Origin: Minisyncoccota bacterium | Lineage (GTDB): Bacteria; Patescibacteriota; Minisyncoccia; Phycocordibacterales; DASSSU01 | Assembly (NCBI GenBank): GCA_035708305.1 | Contig: DASSSU010000020.1 | Location: 8,481-72,480 of the forward strand | Direction: 5' to 3' | Length of the DNA: 64,000 bases | Shown here: piece after piece, positions 18,090 through 27,265 of the stretch | How the letters are laid out: every line of letters starts with the position of its first letter | Numbering within the stretch: the first letter of the stretch is position 1 | The notes under the pieces: model-generated | The model's database searches: none | Told to the model about the DNA's origin: nothing | What the model saw: only the letters and a program-made list of their open reading frames with translations | Translations under genes and position numbers: made by a program

Positions 18090-18875
18090 TTACTGAGTGT
18101 CCGAAACTGACTGTGTCATCACCTGTGCGCCGTCTTCTCCCACGAGAATCGTATGCTCAAAATGTGCACTCAGTGATCCATCCGCTGTGCGAATCGTATA
18201 GCCGTCTTCGTCCACTGTCAGATATCGCCCTCCGGCGTTCAGCATCGGCTCAATTGCCAAGACCATTCCCGGAACAATCTTTGGTCCGGTTCCCTGGTTG
18301 CCAAAGTTCGCGATGTACGGCTCTTCGTGCACGTGGTGCCCAACCCCATGACCGCCAAGTTCCCGAACAATGCTGTATCCGAAAGGCATAACGAAAGATT
18401 GGATCACAAAACCAATGTCGCCAATGTTTCCCCCAGGCACTGCCACCGCAATCGCACGCTCCAGCGCTTCTTTGGTAACATCCAAAAGCTTTTGTGCTTC
18501 GTACGAGATTTTTCCGACCGGAACCGTCCGCGCACTGTCGGTGATCATTCCGCCGTGATTCACCCCGAGATCAAGCCCGACAATGTCGCCTTCCTGCAAG
18601 ATTCGCGTTTCAGAAGGAATCCCGTGAACAATCTCGTCGTTGACGGAAATACACAAGGAGGCAGGAAAAGGTGTAGTCGCCCCTTCGGGAGAATATCCAA
18701 GAAAGGCAGGCTCATCTCCACGGCTGCGGATCATGCCCTCCGCAATGCGATCCAGCTCTTTTGTGCTCACTCCAGGGCGCACCGCCGCGGCAACTGCATC
18801 GAGCGCAAGCGAAAGCCTCCGCCCACTTTCTCTCAAAAGCTCCGCGTCCTCCTGTGTTTTGATGATCGTTCCCAT
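18090..18875 (-). CDS. map: Methionine aminopeptidase, type I
   Basis: Metal-binding blocks HGIPSETRILQEGDIVGLDLGVNHGGMITDSART and HHVHEEP...LAIEPM are present. 261 aa. Confidence 0.9.
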   Translation of the reverse strand: MGTIIKTQEDAELLRESGRRLSLALDAVAAAVRPGVSTKELDRIAEGMIRSRGDEPAFLGYSPEGATTPFPASLCISVNDEIVHGIPSETRILQEGDIVGLDLGVNHGGMITDSARTVPVGKISYEAQKLLDVTKEALERAIAVAVPGGNIGDIGFVIQSFVMPFGYSIVRELGGHGVGHHVHEEPYIANFGNQGTGPKIVPGMVLAIEPMLNAGGRYLTVDEDGYTIRTADGSLSAHFEHTILVGEDGAQVMTQSVSDTQ

Positions 18876-18879
18876 ATTT

Positions 18880-19467
18880 TTATACTTGCGAACCTAACTT
18901 TTCGATGATTTCCTCAAAGACCTGCTCGGCACTCTGTTCTCCGTTCACCTCCAAAAGTGTTCCATGTTTTCGAAAAATTTCCACGGCCGGAAGCACTTCT
19001 TTCTGAAAATTGTCAAAGCGTGTTTTGATTGCCGCTTCTTCATCATCCTTCCGATGCTGAATGTCTTTGCGTTTCAGCAGTCGATGGATCGCTTCTTCAT
19101 CCGACACATCAATGTAAAATGCCACATACGGACGCCCCAGCCAAGTCATCACATCGTGGAAAAGTTCCGCTTCCGGCGCTTTTCTCGCCACACCGTCAAA
19201 GATAATTCCTTTGTCACTGTGCGTATACAGAGCTTTTTCCTCAAAAACAAACGAGGCAAACCAGTACGGCATCAATCCGCCATTGTCCAAAACATTTCCG
19301 ATTCTTTCACCCAGCGGGCCGCCCTCTGCTGCCAAATCACGGAAACGCTGACCACTGGAATAGGTGTCGTAACCGGTTACCTTTGAGAGGAGCGCGCTCT
19401 GAGTCCCCTTTCCGGATCCAGGCTTTCCAAGCATCGCAAACGCCTTGTACTTTTGAAGTATATCCAT
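18880..19467 (-). CDS. adk: Adenylate kinase
   Basis: P-loop MLGKPGSGKGTQSALL and NMP-binding/LID-region motifs. 195 aa, adjacent to map as in spc-alpha operons. Confidence 0.9.
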   Translation of the reverse strand: MDILQKYKAFAMLGKPGSGKGTQSALLSKVTGYDTYSSGQRFRDLAAEGGPLGERIGNVLDNGGLMPYWFASFVFEEKALYTHSDKGIIFDGVARKAPEAELFHDVMTWLGRPYVAFYIDVSDEEAIHRLLKRKDIQHRKDDEEAAIKTRFDNFQKEVLPAVEIFRKHGTLLEVNGEQSAEQVFEEIIEKLGSQV

Positions 19468-19633
19468 TATTTCATAACCTTAATGCTAATGCAGTCTTTT
19501 CGAAAAACGAACGCTTCCTACAGCTTATCATAAAGTTTCAAAAAAGGTAAAATTTCCGTGAAATATGAGCAATCCTGAAAGGAGCCATCCTGGTACTCAA
19601 ATCCAGGCACACTTTTCCTTTATTTTCATAGAA

Positions 19634-20905
19634 TTATTCTGAAGCTTTATACAGATCATACACGAGGCCGTCATAATCATCCGTAATGAAAATATCGCCA
19701 TTTGAATTTTCCAAAATGCCCGCTGCTCTGCCCGCGCGTTTTCCATCTTTCAAAAATCCGCTCACGATCGGAGTGACAGTCGCCCCATCTTTCGAAACAC
19801 GGACAACAGCATTGCCGGTTCCGATCGAGACATTCCCAGAACCGTGAAGTGCCACAAGAAATGAATTTTGAAGTACACTTCCTGCTTTCGAATCTACAAA
19901 TTCAATCCCCAACGGCGCACTGTGTGGCGGAAGATCGGTAAAAGCAGCAGGAACAACAGAGCAATCGAAAGAATTTTTCCAATTCTCGGTTGTATCAGGC
20001 AGAACTTTTCCATTGAGATAATAGCAATACGGCCAGCCGTAATTTGCTCCCGCTTGTATTTTCAAGACCACGTCATTTGGCGCACCGTTCCCCAAATGAT
20101 CGACCCCCATGTCGGTGGCGTAAAGCGAATCGCCCACAAAGTCGAGTCCGACAGCATTGCGAAGACCGTTTGCATACACCTTGAGGTTTTTACCATCCGG
20201 ATCCATCAGAAGGATACTTGCTCGCTTGAAATTCATCTCTTCGCATCCATCACAGCTTGAACCGACAGAGACATAGATTTTATCGTCGTGAATCGCAAGA
20301 GTTCGCGTGAGGTGCCAGCCGCCTTCCGAAGCAGGATTCCCAAAATCAGGAAAGGTGGCAATCGTCTGCGGGTCGCCCAGCGGTTGCATATCGCCCGCAT
20401 GATATGGATAACGGATGAGTTTATCCGTAAGCGCAATGTAGATCCATTCTTTTCCGCTCGTGTCTTTATAGAATGTGACACTGTTTGGATTGCGGAGATT
20501 GGAAAGATAAACACTCTTTAATCCGAACGTGTGCGTTTCGGAATTGAAGCCGCTCAAAATGTAGATCTTTCCATTATCAGTGTCGCCGGCGTTGATCATA
20601 TCGGGAACAAACAATCGCCCATCGGGAGAGAGCGCCATAAAGCGCGGCTTTGTCATTCCGTTTGCGGCGACAGAAATGTGATAGCCATCTGGAATCGTGA
20701 GACCAAATGACCCAAGTGGAAGACCGGGAGCAGAAATTGTTTCCGTGTGATAAGAAAGATTCCGTATCGGTGAGCTGCTCCCTTCATTCTGATTCTCACT
20801 CGTTTGACCGGATGGATTTTCGGCAGGAGAAAATTCATTTTTGTACACGAAAAATCCCGCGCCAATAATGATCAGAACAATGATGGTGGTCCAAAAAGTT
20901 TTCAT
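19634..20905 (-). CDS. Secreted beta-propeller protein, soluble glucose/sorbosone dehydrogenase (GSDH)-like
   Basis: N-terminal TM/signal. Repeated blade-like segments (ALSPDGRLFV, GKIYIL, DGKNLKVYANGLRNAVGLDF, NYGWPYCYY) resemble the PQQ-dependent sugar dehydrogenase fold. Assignment is by pattern only. Confidence 0.4.
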   Translation of the reverse strand: MKTFWTTIIVLIIIGAGFFVYKNEFSPAENPSGQTSENQNEGSSSPIRNLSYHTETISAPGLPLGSFGLTIPDGYHISVAANGMTKPRFMALSPDGRLFVPDMINAGDTDNGKIYILSGFNSETHTFGLKSVYLSNLRNPNSVTFYKDTSGKEWIYIALTDKLIRYPYHAGDMQPLGDPQTIATFPDFGNPASEGGWHLTRTLAIHDDKIYVSVGSSCDGCEEMNFKRASILLMDPDGKNLKVYANGLRNAVGLDFVGDSLYATDMGVDHLGNGAPNDVVLKIQAGANYGWPYCYYLNGKVLPDTTENWKNSFDCSVVPAAFTDLPPHSAPLGIEFVDSKAGSVLQNSFLVALHGSGNVSIGTGNAVVRVSKDGATVTPIVSGFLKDGKRAGRAAGILENSNGDIFITDDYDGLVYDLYKASE

Positions 20906-20920
20906 TCAAAAAAAGAATCA

Positions 20921-21256
20921 TTACATCGGCCTTGTTTCCATGATTTCGATCGTTGCCCCTGGAATGTCGAAATGCGGATGACCCTTGAAGGCTTCTGCTG
21001 CCGCTTCGAGGGATTCGGCCACAACATATGACGAGAGCATCATGTCGTTCTTTACATCTTCAACTCCGTCTGCACTCACCCGTTTTGTTTTTCCAAGTGC
21101 GATCGTATTTTGCACAAGATCGGTATGATTCGCCATCCATTCATCCCATTTTTTCTTCATGTCCGCCTCCCCGGTCTTTCGCTCGGCTTCCGGCTTTTGC
21201 ATCCATTTCTCCATCTCGCTTACCGGCGCCATATATATTGCTGTGAAATATTTCAT
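20921..21256 (-). CDS. Hypothetical small protein (111 aa)
   Basis: Clean ORF with no recognisable motif. Possibly a dimeric alpha/beta barrel. Confidence 0.35.
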   Translation of the reverse strand: MKYFTAIYMAPVSEMEKWMQKPEAERKTGEADMKKKWDEWMANHTDLVQNTIALGKTKRVSADGVEDVKNDMMLSSYVVAESLEAAAEAFKGHPHFDIPGATIEIMETRPM

Positions 21257-21282
21257 ATTATTTTTTAAATTATTTTAATAAA

Positions 21283-22170
21283 TTACACGTTCTGTAATTT
21301 TTCTATATCGATCTTTTTCATCTTCATCATCGCGTTCATCGCTGCAGGTTTGTTCATCACGAGCTCGCCCATGTTTTTCGGAATGATTTGCCATGACACG
21401 CCGTACTTGTCTTTCAGCCATCCGCACTGTTCGGACTCCGGTACAGCCGAGAGCTTTTCCCAGTAGTAGTCAATTTCCGCTTGGTCGTCGCAATTCACAA
21501 TGAACGAAACCGCTTCGTTCAAATCAAATTGGTGCATATCGCGGCCGGAATCCATAGCCGCAAACCAAACACCAAGAAGCTGGAAGTCGAGATAAGCAAT
21601 CTTGCTTGCGTCGTCCGGCGCCGTGCCCGGTTCATACGGAAACGTATTCCCTTTCTGGAAATCTTTGAAAACGGAAAGATAAAAATCACGCGCCTCTTCC
21701 GCTTTCCCGGCATTCTCATGAATGAACATGATCGATGGAGTAATCTTCGGCCGAGGATCGCCTTCAGGATTCGTGAGTATAAGCTGCCAAGAAAGGCCGT
21801 ATTTATCTTCAACCCACCCATACCACGGACTGAACGGATACTCGCCAAGCTCCATCAAAACTTTGCCGCCGTCCGAGAGTTTCTCCCAATACCCATCAAC
21901 TTCTTCCCTGCTCTCACAATTTACAAGAAATGATTTGGAGGGGTTGAACCTGAATATCGGGCCGCCATCGAGCGCGAAAAAAGATTGGCCAAAAAGTTCG
22001 AAGAACCCGTTCAAAACTTTTCCATCCATCCCCTGCAAATGTTTGTCCTCGGCATTTTCCGGATAATACACCGTGTCGACAATCTTCGAGTCTGGAAATA
22101 CCGACACATAAAAGTTCATCGCTTCTTCGCAATTTTTATCAAACCACAATCCTGGTACGATTTTTTGCAT
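21283..22170 (-). CDS. Tandem VOC-family protein (PhnB / 3-demethylubiquinone-9 3-methyltransferase-like, two repeats)
   Basis: Two ~140-aa repeats, each starting like PF06983 proteins (QKIVPGLWFDKNCEEAMNFYVSVFPDSKI and KITPSIMFIHENAGKAEEARDFYLSVFKD). Confidence 0.6.
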   Translation of the reverse strand: MQKIVPGLWFDKNCEEAMNFYVSVFPDSKIVDTVYYPENAEDKHLQGMDGKVLNGFFELFGQSFFALDGGPIFRFNPSKSFLVNCESREEVDGYWEKLSDGGKVLMELGEYPFSPWYGWVEDKYGLSWQLILTNPEGDPRPKITPSIMFIHENAGKAEEARDFYLSVFKDFQKGNTFPYEPGTAPDDASKIAYLDFQLLGVWFAAMDSGRDMHQFDLNEAVSFIVNCDDQAEIDYYWEKLSAVPESEQCGWLKDKYGVSWQIIPKNMGELVMNKPAAMNAMMKMKKIDIEKLQNV

Positions 22171-22192
22171 ATTTTTTATTTAAATAATAACT

Positions 22193-22786
22193 TTAAACTT
22201 CAATCGTGCCTGTTTTGACTTCTCCTGCCCGTTTGTATGACGCGATGATTATACCAGTTGTCGTGACTTCACATTCCAGCAATTTAAATGCTGCGGGAAT
22301 CGCACCATTGTCAAACAACTTCTTTCCTGAACCGAGCGTCAGCGGGTAAATTTTGAGCCGAAGTTCATCCACCAAATCGTTCGCAAGAAGTAACTGAACG
22401 AGTTTGCTGCTACCCCAAACTTGAATGTCGCGACCATTTCCCTCTTTGAGCCTTTTGATATCTTCCACACTTTTGATAAATACGGTGTTTTCCCAATCTG
22501 TCTCTTCTACGGTATTGGACAGAACATATTTTGTCCCATCCGTGATTGCCAGCCAAAAATCCGTATGCTTCGGCCAGTATGGTTCCCAAATTCCGAAAGT
22601 TTTTCTTCCTAAAAGATAATCGGCGGGTTCCATCTCCTTTTTCACGATCTTTCCCGAGACCTCATCCGCATACGAGGCTGTCCAGCCGCCATACTTAAAC
22701 CCGCCCGATGTATCTTCCTCAGGCCCACCGGGCGCTTGCATGACTCCGTCGAGCGTTATCATTTCTATGACAATGATTTTTCTCAT
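22193..22786 (-). CDS. RibD C-terminal domain / dihydrofolate-reductase-like reductase (YwjB family)
   Basis: MRKIIVIEMITLDGVMQAPGGPEEDTSGGFKYGGWT is the RibD_C family N-terminus. 197 aa. Confidence 0.7.
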   Translation of the reverse strand: MRKIIVIEMITLDGVMQAPGGPEEDTSGGFKYGGWTASYADEVSGKIVKKEMEPADYLLGRKTFGIWEPYWPKHTDFWLAITDGTKYVLSNTVEETDWENTVFIKSVEDIKRLKEGNGRDIQVWGSSKLVQLLLANDLVDELRLKIYPLTLGSGKKLFDNGAIPAAFKLLECEVTTTGIIIASYKRAGEVKTGTIEV

Positions 22787-22944
22787 AGTTTACTCATTGC
22801 TCTTAAATTATTAAAATACTGCCGCACGAGTCCGGATTATTTACCGCGAAACTGCTGAATGCTTTCGTGTCCTTAGGTACAGTATATCAAATTAAGAATT
22901 TTTAATCCCAGGTTCCTGTGAACCGTCGGCTTATGCCGAATATA

Positions 22945-22982
22945 ACAAAATACGTCCCTAAAAGGACGTATTTTGTGTTTTG
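22945..22982 (-). terminator. Rho-independent terminator immediately downstream of secY (hairpin also usable on the + strand)
   Basis: tacgtcc-ctaaaa-ggacgta hairpin with T-runs on both sides. It separates secY from the downstream accessory genes. Confidence 0.55.
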
Positions 22983-23030
22983 CTTTGAGGATATAAATTC
23001 TTTGAACTATTTCAGAAATCAAGATTCTGT

Positions 23031-24302
23031 TTAGTACTCGCGCATAGTAATCTGTGCATCTACTTTCTTCACCACGTCCAGGATAACATTCACGACGATC
23101 AGCACTGCCGTACCACCGATCGCAAGCGTGGAGTTCCCCGTCGCCGCCTGCATGGCGAGCGGAAGCACTGCCAGGAGCGAGAGAAATGCCGCTCCTACCA
23201 AGGTCACCCGGTTTGAAATTTGGCCGATGTATTCTGCTGTGGTTTGTCCCGGACGAACTCCCGGAATGAACGCACCGCTTTTCTGCAGATTCGTCGCTAC
23301 CGTATCTGGCTCAAACATGATGGACTTGTAGAAGAAGGTGAAGAGGAACACCAAGATGAAGTAGAAAATAGAGTAGAACCAGCCATTCTGGAAAAGATTC
23401 AAAACCGTCTGCCCGATGTGCTGCGCGGTCGGACTTTGCATTTTTACCAGGAAGTTCGCACCGATTCTCGGAAACAAAAGCAAGGAGAGGGCGAAGATAA
23501 TCGGCATGACACCTGCCTGGTTCACTCGGATCGGGAGATACGTGGAAATACCGCTCGAAGATTTGGCTCCGCGAACTCGCTTGGCGTAAATAATCGGTAC
23601 CGGACGTTCCGCCTCAGTGACCAGTGTCGCTCCAGCAATGATCGCAAGTGCGGCAGCAATGAAACCGGCATAGACCGGAATTTGAGAAGGATCATAGGTA
23701 AAAAGTATTTGACTGATGCTTCCCGGAATAGCGGCAACGATTCCGGCAAAGATGATGATCGAAACACCGTTGCCGATGCCAAATTCTGTGATCAATTCTC
23801 CTATCCACATAAGCAAAATCGAGCCGGCAGAAATGACGATCACGTTGAGCAGTGTTTCAAAAGGCGTAAACGGGGGCAAAACACCGTTGGTCTGAAGCAG
23901 CGTGATCAAACCAAACGCTTGCACCAGTGCCAAAGGAAGCGTCAAAATGCGCGCGTACTGGTAAAACCTTCTTCGGCCAATGTCTCCTTCTTCATGAAGC
24001 AATGCCTTCAGCTTTGGAGAAAGTACCGTCAAAAGCTGCATGATGATGGAAGCGGTAATGAAAGCCGCTACTCCCACCATAACGATCGACATGTTTGCCA
24101 AGCCGCCACCAGAAAAAATATTTAAAAGACCAAGAAACTGGCTCTGCGACAAGAAAGCCTGAAGACGGCTCGGATCCATACCCGGAATCGGAATATTTGC
24201 GAGCGCGCGAAAAAAAACAATCGCCACGAAAATAAAAAGGATCTTTTTTCGAAGAGATTGATCTTTCAGCGCCGCTTGAACCTTTCTGAAAAATTCTTCC
24301 AT
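23031..24302 (-). CDS. secY: Preprotein translocase subunit SecY
   Basis: 423 aa, 10 TM. The N-terminal LRKKILFIFVAIVFFRALANIPIPG is a SecY hallmark, and it lies in canonical position after rplO. Confidence 0.95.
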   Translation of the reverse strand: MEEFFRKVQAALKDQSLRKKILFIFVAIVFFRALANIPIPGMDPSRLQAFLSQSQFLGLLNIFSGGGLANMSIVMVGVAAFITASIIMQLLTVLSPKLKALLHEEGDIGRRRFYQYARILTLPLALVQAFGLITLLQTNGVLPPFTPFETLLNVIVISAGSILLMWIGELITEFGIGNGVSIIIFAGIVAAIPGSISQILFTYDPSQIPVYAGFIAAALAIIAGATLVTEAERPVPIIYAKRVRGAKSSSGISTYLPIRVNQAGVMPIIFALSLLLFPRIGANFLVKMQSPTAQHIGQTVLNLFQNGWFYSIFYFILVFLFTFFYKSIMFEPDTVATNLQKSGAFIPGVRPGQTTAEYIGQISNRVTLVGAAFLSLLAVLPLAMQAATGNSTLAIGGTAVLIVVNVILDVVKKVDAQITMREY

Positions 24303-24320
24303 ACGAGAAATTTAAGGGAA

Positions 24321-24749
24321 TTATACCACCTTTCCGCCTGCACTCTCTATTTTCTTCTTCGCACTCTCCGAAACTTCACATTTGGAAATTTCGAGCTTTT
24401 TGGAAAGATCCCCTCCTCCCAAAATTTTCACCTGCGGAAGCTTGCCATCCCGCTTGCGAATAATGTTTTTGTTCAGAAGCACCGTAGGAGTGACACGCTC
24501 TCCTGAGTTGAAGCTCTCCAAAACAGAAACATTCACCACTTCTGGATGAGCACTGCGCGAATGGAATCGATATCCTCGCTGCTTCGGGATCTTTTTGATG
24601 AGGTCTCGCAATTCCGGGCGAAGTTTTGCACCAGCGCGCGCTTTCTGCCCCTTTGTTCCGCGTCCGGAAGTTTTTCCGCGCTTTCCGCCGCGTCCTACTC
24701 GCTTTTTTGTGCTGTTTGGATGCTCTCTGGTAATGTTGTGAATCTGCAT
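24321..24749 (-). CDS. rplO: 50S ribosomal protein L15
   Basis: GRGGKRGKTSGRGTKGQKARAG glycine/lysine-rich N-terminus typical of L15. 142 aa. Confidence 0.9.
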   Translation of the reverse strand: MQIHNITREHPNSTKKRVGRGGKRGKTSGRGTKGQKARAGAKLRPELRDLIKKIPKQRGYRFHSRSAHPEVVNVSVLESFNSGERVTPTVLLNKNIIRKRDGKLPQVKILGGGDLSKKLEISKCEVSESAKKKIESAGGKVV

Positions 24750-24770
24750 GGTTCTTTGAATTAATCGAAA

Positions 24771-25466
24771 TTATTTTTTGGCTTCTGCCGTGTCCGCCGC
24801 TTTCGCCTTTGTGGACGTGTGGCTTTCGCGCCCTTCCTTGGAAGATCTTTTCTCTTCGCCCGAAAGTCGGGAAAGTGCCAAAACAGCGGCCCGAGCGTTG
24901 TTCAGGGAATTCTTACTTCTGGAGAGAATTTTTGCCGACACGTCATGCACGCCGCCAAGGTCAAGCACGCTTCGTACGGCGCTTCCTGCCACCAAGCCCT
25001 TTCCTGGAGCTGGCATGATCACCAAACGCGAACTGCAATACTTTGCTTCCACTTCGTGAGGAATGGACATGTTTTTCTGGAGAGAAAGCTTCAACATGTT
25101 TTTCTTGGCATTGTTGAATGCTTTTTCGATCGCAATGGCGGTATCTGCACCCTTGCCCAAACCAACCCCCACCCGGCCTTTTCGGTCTCCGGCGGCAAGC
25201 GTCACGCTGAAACTAAAGCGGCGGCCTCCTGCCATCACACGGGTCACACGGCGGATATCCAGAATTTTTTGATCAAATTCCGGCTTGAATTTTTCAGCGT
25301 TCCTTCTTCCTCGAGGATTTCTTCCTCCCATCGGTGAACGTCTTCGATCCCGCCCATCTCGCGAGCCATTGAAACGATTCTGAGGAGCACCTTCACGGCC
25401 TGAAGCCACGGAAGCGGTTCCTCCTTCTTTTCTCTCCTGTACTTTTGTAATATTTTCGTCTGCCAT
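24771..25466 (-). CDS. rpsE: 30S ribosomal protein S5 with N- and C-terminal extensions
   Basis: Core RVTRVMAGGRRFSFSVTLAAGDRKGRVGVGLGKGADTAIAIEKA, plus an RG-rich ~60-aa N-extension and a KA-rich C-tail. 231 aa. Confidence 0.9.
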   Translation of the reverse strand: MADENITKVQERKEGGTASVASGREGAPQNRFNGSRDGRDRRRSPMGGRNPRGRRNAEKFKPEFDQKILDIRRVTRVMAGGRRFSFSVTLAAGDRKGRVGVGLGKGADTAIAIEKAFNNAKKNMLKLSLQKNMSIPHEVEAKYCSSRLVIMPAPGKGLVAGSAVRSVLDLGGVHDVSAKILSRSKNSLNNARAAVLALSRLSGEEKRSSKEGRESHTSTKAKAADTAEAKK

Positions 25467-25492
25467 AATTTTATTCCAACCTTTATAAATAT

Positions 25493-25849
25493 TTAAAATT
25501 CAAGTCCTCCTTCACGGGCCGCCTCGGCAAGAGCCTTGATTCTCCCGGTGTAGATAAAGCCACCACGATCAAACACCACCTGTTTGATGTTTTTCTTCGC
25601 TGCTTTCCCGGCAATATCCTTCCCGATTGCTTCCGCTTTTTTGCGAAGGTTACCGGAAATATGAAGTTCCAGATCGGAAGAAGATGCCAACGTTTTGCCC
25701 TGTTCATCATCGATGACCTGAGCGTAGAGGTGGCGGTTGGAACGGAACACAGAGAGTCGCGGGTACGAAGCAGTACCATTCACGTGTCCGCGGATTCGTC
25801 GATGTCTCCGCTCTCTTTTTGCATTTTTGATTTGTGTTTTTGAAGTCAT
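25493..25849 (-). CDS. rplR: 50S ribosomal protein L18
   Basis: [45 protein letters not shown] matches the L18 consensus. Confidence 0.9.
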   Translation of the reverse strand: MTSKTQIKNAKRERRHRRIRGHVNGTASYPRLSVFRSNRHLYAQVIDDEQGKTLASSSDLELHISGNLRKKAEAIGKDIAGKAAKKNIKQVVFDRGGFIYTGRIKALAEAAREGGLEF

Positions 25850-25876
25850 GATATTGCTTTTAAAAATGAAAAAGTT

Positions 25877-26413
25877 TTATGCGCTCTTCTTTCCTTCCTT
25901 TCGGCGGATCACTTCGTTTTCGTAACGGATGCCTTTGCCCTTGTACGGTTCCGGCTTCTTCAAAGCACGAAGCTGTGCAGAAAAAGCTCCGACCATTTCC
26001 TTGTCAATTCCAGTTACCGTGATTACATTTTTCTCCGCCGTTACCGTCAGACCTGTTGGAATGTTTTTCTCCACCGGATGAGAAAAGCCGATGTTAAGCA
26101 CGAGTTTGTCGCCGGAAACCTGAGATCGAAAACCAACTCCCTCCACGATCAGCTTTTTCACAAACGGCTCGTTCACGCCAGCAATCATATTTTTCACATG
26201 AGAAGCGTATGTCCCCCAAAGAGCACGTCCAAACTGTGTTTCCTTTTTTGGAGAAAGCTTTACCTCACCGTTTTCCACGGCAATGGTGATCGTTGGGCGA
26301 AAAGTTCGCTGCAATTCCCCATGCGGACCTTTTACGGACAAAACACCTTCGTCCGAAATCGTAACTTCGGTTTTCTGTGGTATCTCAATAACTTGTTTTC
26401 CAATTCGCGACAT
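25877..26413 (-). CDS. rplF: 50S ribosomal protein L6
   Basis: MSRIGKQVIEIPQKTEVTISDEGVLSVKGPHGEL is the L6 N-terminus. 178 aa. Confidence 0.9.
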   Translation of the reverse strand: MSRIGKQVIEIPQKTEVTISDEGVLSVKGPHGELQRTFRPTITIAVENGEVKLSPKKETQFGRALWGTYASHVKNMIAGVNEPFVKKLIVEGVGFRSQVSGDKLVLNIGFSHPVEKNIPTGLTVTAEKNVITVTGIDKEMVGAFSAQLRALKKPEPYKGKGIRYENEVIRRKEGKKSA

Positions 26414-26477
26414 ATTTTTAAAACTATTTGTTTTGTTTGTGAGCTGTGGTTTGATGTTGAATTATGTATTTTGTGTC

Positions 26478-26660
26478 AGCCAAGCTTCCCTGCGTCAGCC
26501 AAGAGTTTCTTTTTGAGTGCAGTTCAAGGCGTGATTGAGATCTTTGATGTGAGCCGTACTCGTGCGTACGGTGAATGTCAAAATCTCAATCACAACGCAG
26601 AAATGTGCCAAAAAGGGACTCTTGGGGCTACCAGATTTCAAAAAGGGACTCCCCTCCCAC
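26478..26660. repeat. Structured intergenic repeat element, copy 1 (between rplF and rpsH; 3' end overlaps the rpsH stop region)
   Basis: ~170 bp with a 13-bp outer stem (gcgtgattgagat ... atctcaatcac) enclosing a ccgtac..gtacgg palindrome and a tttga..tcaaa stem. Homologous to copy 2 at 27080-27265, and contains a local direct repeat aaaaagggactc x2. Confidence 0.6.
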
Positions 26661-27020
26661 TCTCATTTTTCTCGCCTCATCCCCGGTCATGACCCCCTTT
26701 GAAGTGGAGACAACCAACATTCCATATCCATGCTTCACTGGATAAATATCCGCAGCATGAATGTACACTCTCTTGGAAGGTTTGGAATGTCTTTTGACTC
26801 CCTTAATCTTTGAAACAGCTGCTCCTTTTTTTAATTCAACTTCAAGCCACGTTCGTTTGTCTTTATCGGTTTTCTTTGTCTGTGATTCGATGTACCCGTT
26901 TTTCTGAAGTACTTCAGCGATGTTTTGCAAAATCTTTGAATACGGAACGAGCACGGTGTCTTTGCCCGCGTTCGTTGCGTTTTTCAACCGAATGATGAAA
27001 TCTGAAATAGAATCTTGCAT
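26628..27020 (-). CDS. rpsH: 30S ribosomal protein S8 (ORF track extends to a TTG at 27080; ATG at 27020 gives the canonical MQDSISDFIIRLKNA start)
   Basis: MQDSISDFIIRLKNATNAGKDTVLVPYSKILQNIAEVLQKNGYI and the C-terminal GGESLFEIW match S8. Confidence 0.9.
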   Translation of the reverse strand: MQDSISDFIIRLKNATNAGKDTVLVPYSKILQNIAEVLQKNGYIESQTKKTDKDKRTWLEVELKKGAAVSKIKGVKRHSKPSKRVYIHAADIYPVKHGYGMLVVSTSKGVMTGDEARKMRVGGESLFEIW

Positions 27021-27079
27021 ATGATTAATTATTTTTTTCTTTGCTTGCGTCAACGGGTTCCGATTCCTTGCACCAGCCA

Positions 27080-27265
27080 AGCTTTCATTTCAATCTTGGC
27101 ACGTCAGCCGAACTTTCATTTCTGAGTGCTATTCGAAGGCAAATGTTTTCTTTTGGTGATGAGCCGTACTCTTCCGTACAGTGAATGCCAAAATGAAACA
27201 TTTGCCAAAGAAGAGTGCCAGAGATGAAAGTTCGGAGCTACCAGGAGGATTTGCGCACTCCCGGC
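27080..27265. repeat. Structured intergenic repeat element, copy 2 (between rpsH and rpsZ; 3' end overlaps the rpsZ stop region)
   Basis: Homologous to copy 1 (shared gtcagcc, gagtgc, gagccgtact, gtgaatg.caaaat, ctaccag and ctcccctcc blocks). Its outer stem is a different sequence (ggcaaatgttt ... aaacatttgcc) and its inner stem tttgg..ccaaa has compensatory changes. Confidence 0.6.

Noticed and set aside
19468-19633. Promoter -35/-10 assignment in the adk upstream gap
   Set aside because: A TAAAAT -10-like hexamer exists on the plus strand, but spacing to any -35 is poor and adk is on the minus strand. Not supportable without data.
23220-24125. 301-aa plus-strand ORF opposite secY; similarly 30091..30918(+), 14357..15451(+), 8233..9000(+), 53605..54441(+), 42003..42677(+), 4791..5471(+), 5359..6102(+), 61022..61843(-), 61862..62821(-)
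   Set aside because: Each is antisense to a confidently identified, motif-bearing gene (secY, GT2-flippase, FIST, trpS, CaCA, hypothetical 41784, alaS, thrS). Their products are Arg/Ser-rich low-complexity sequences typical of antisense frames.
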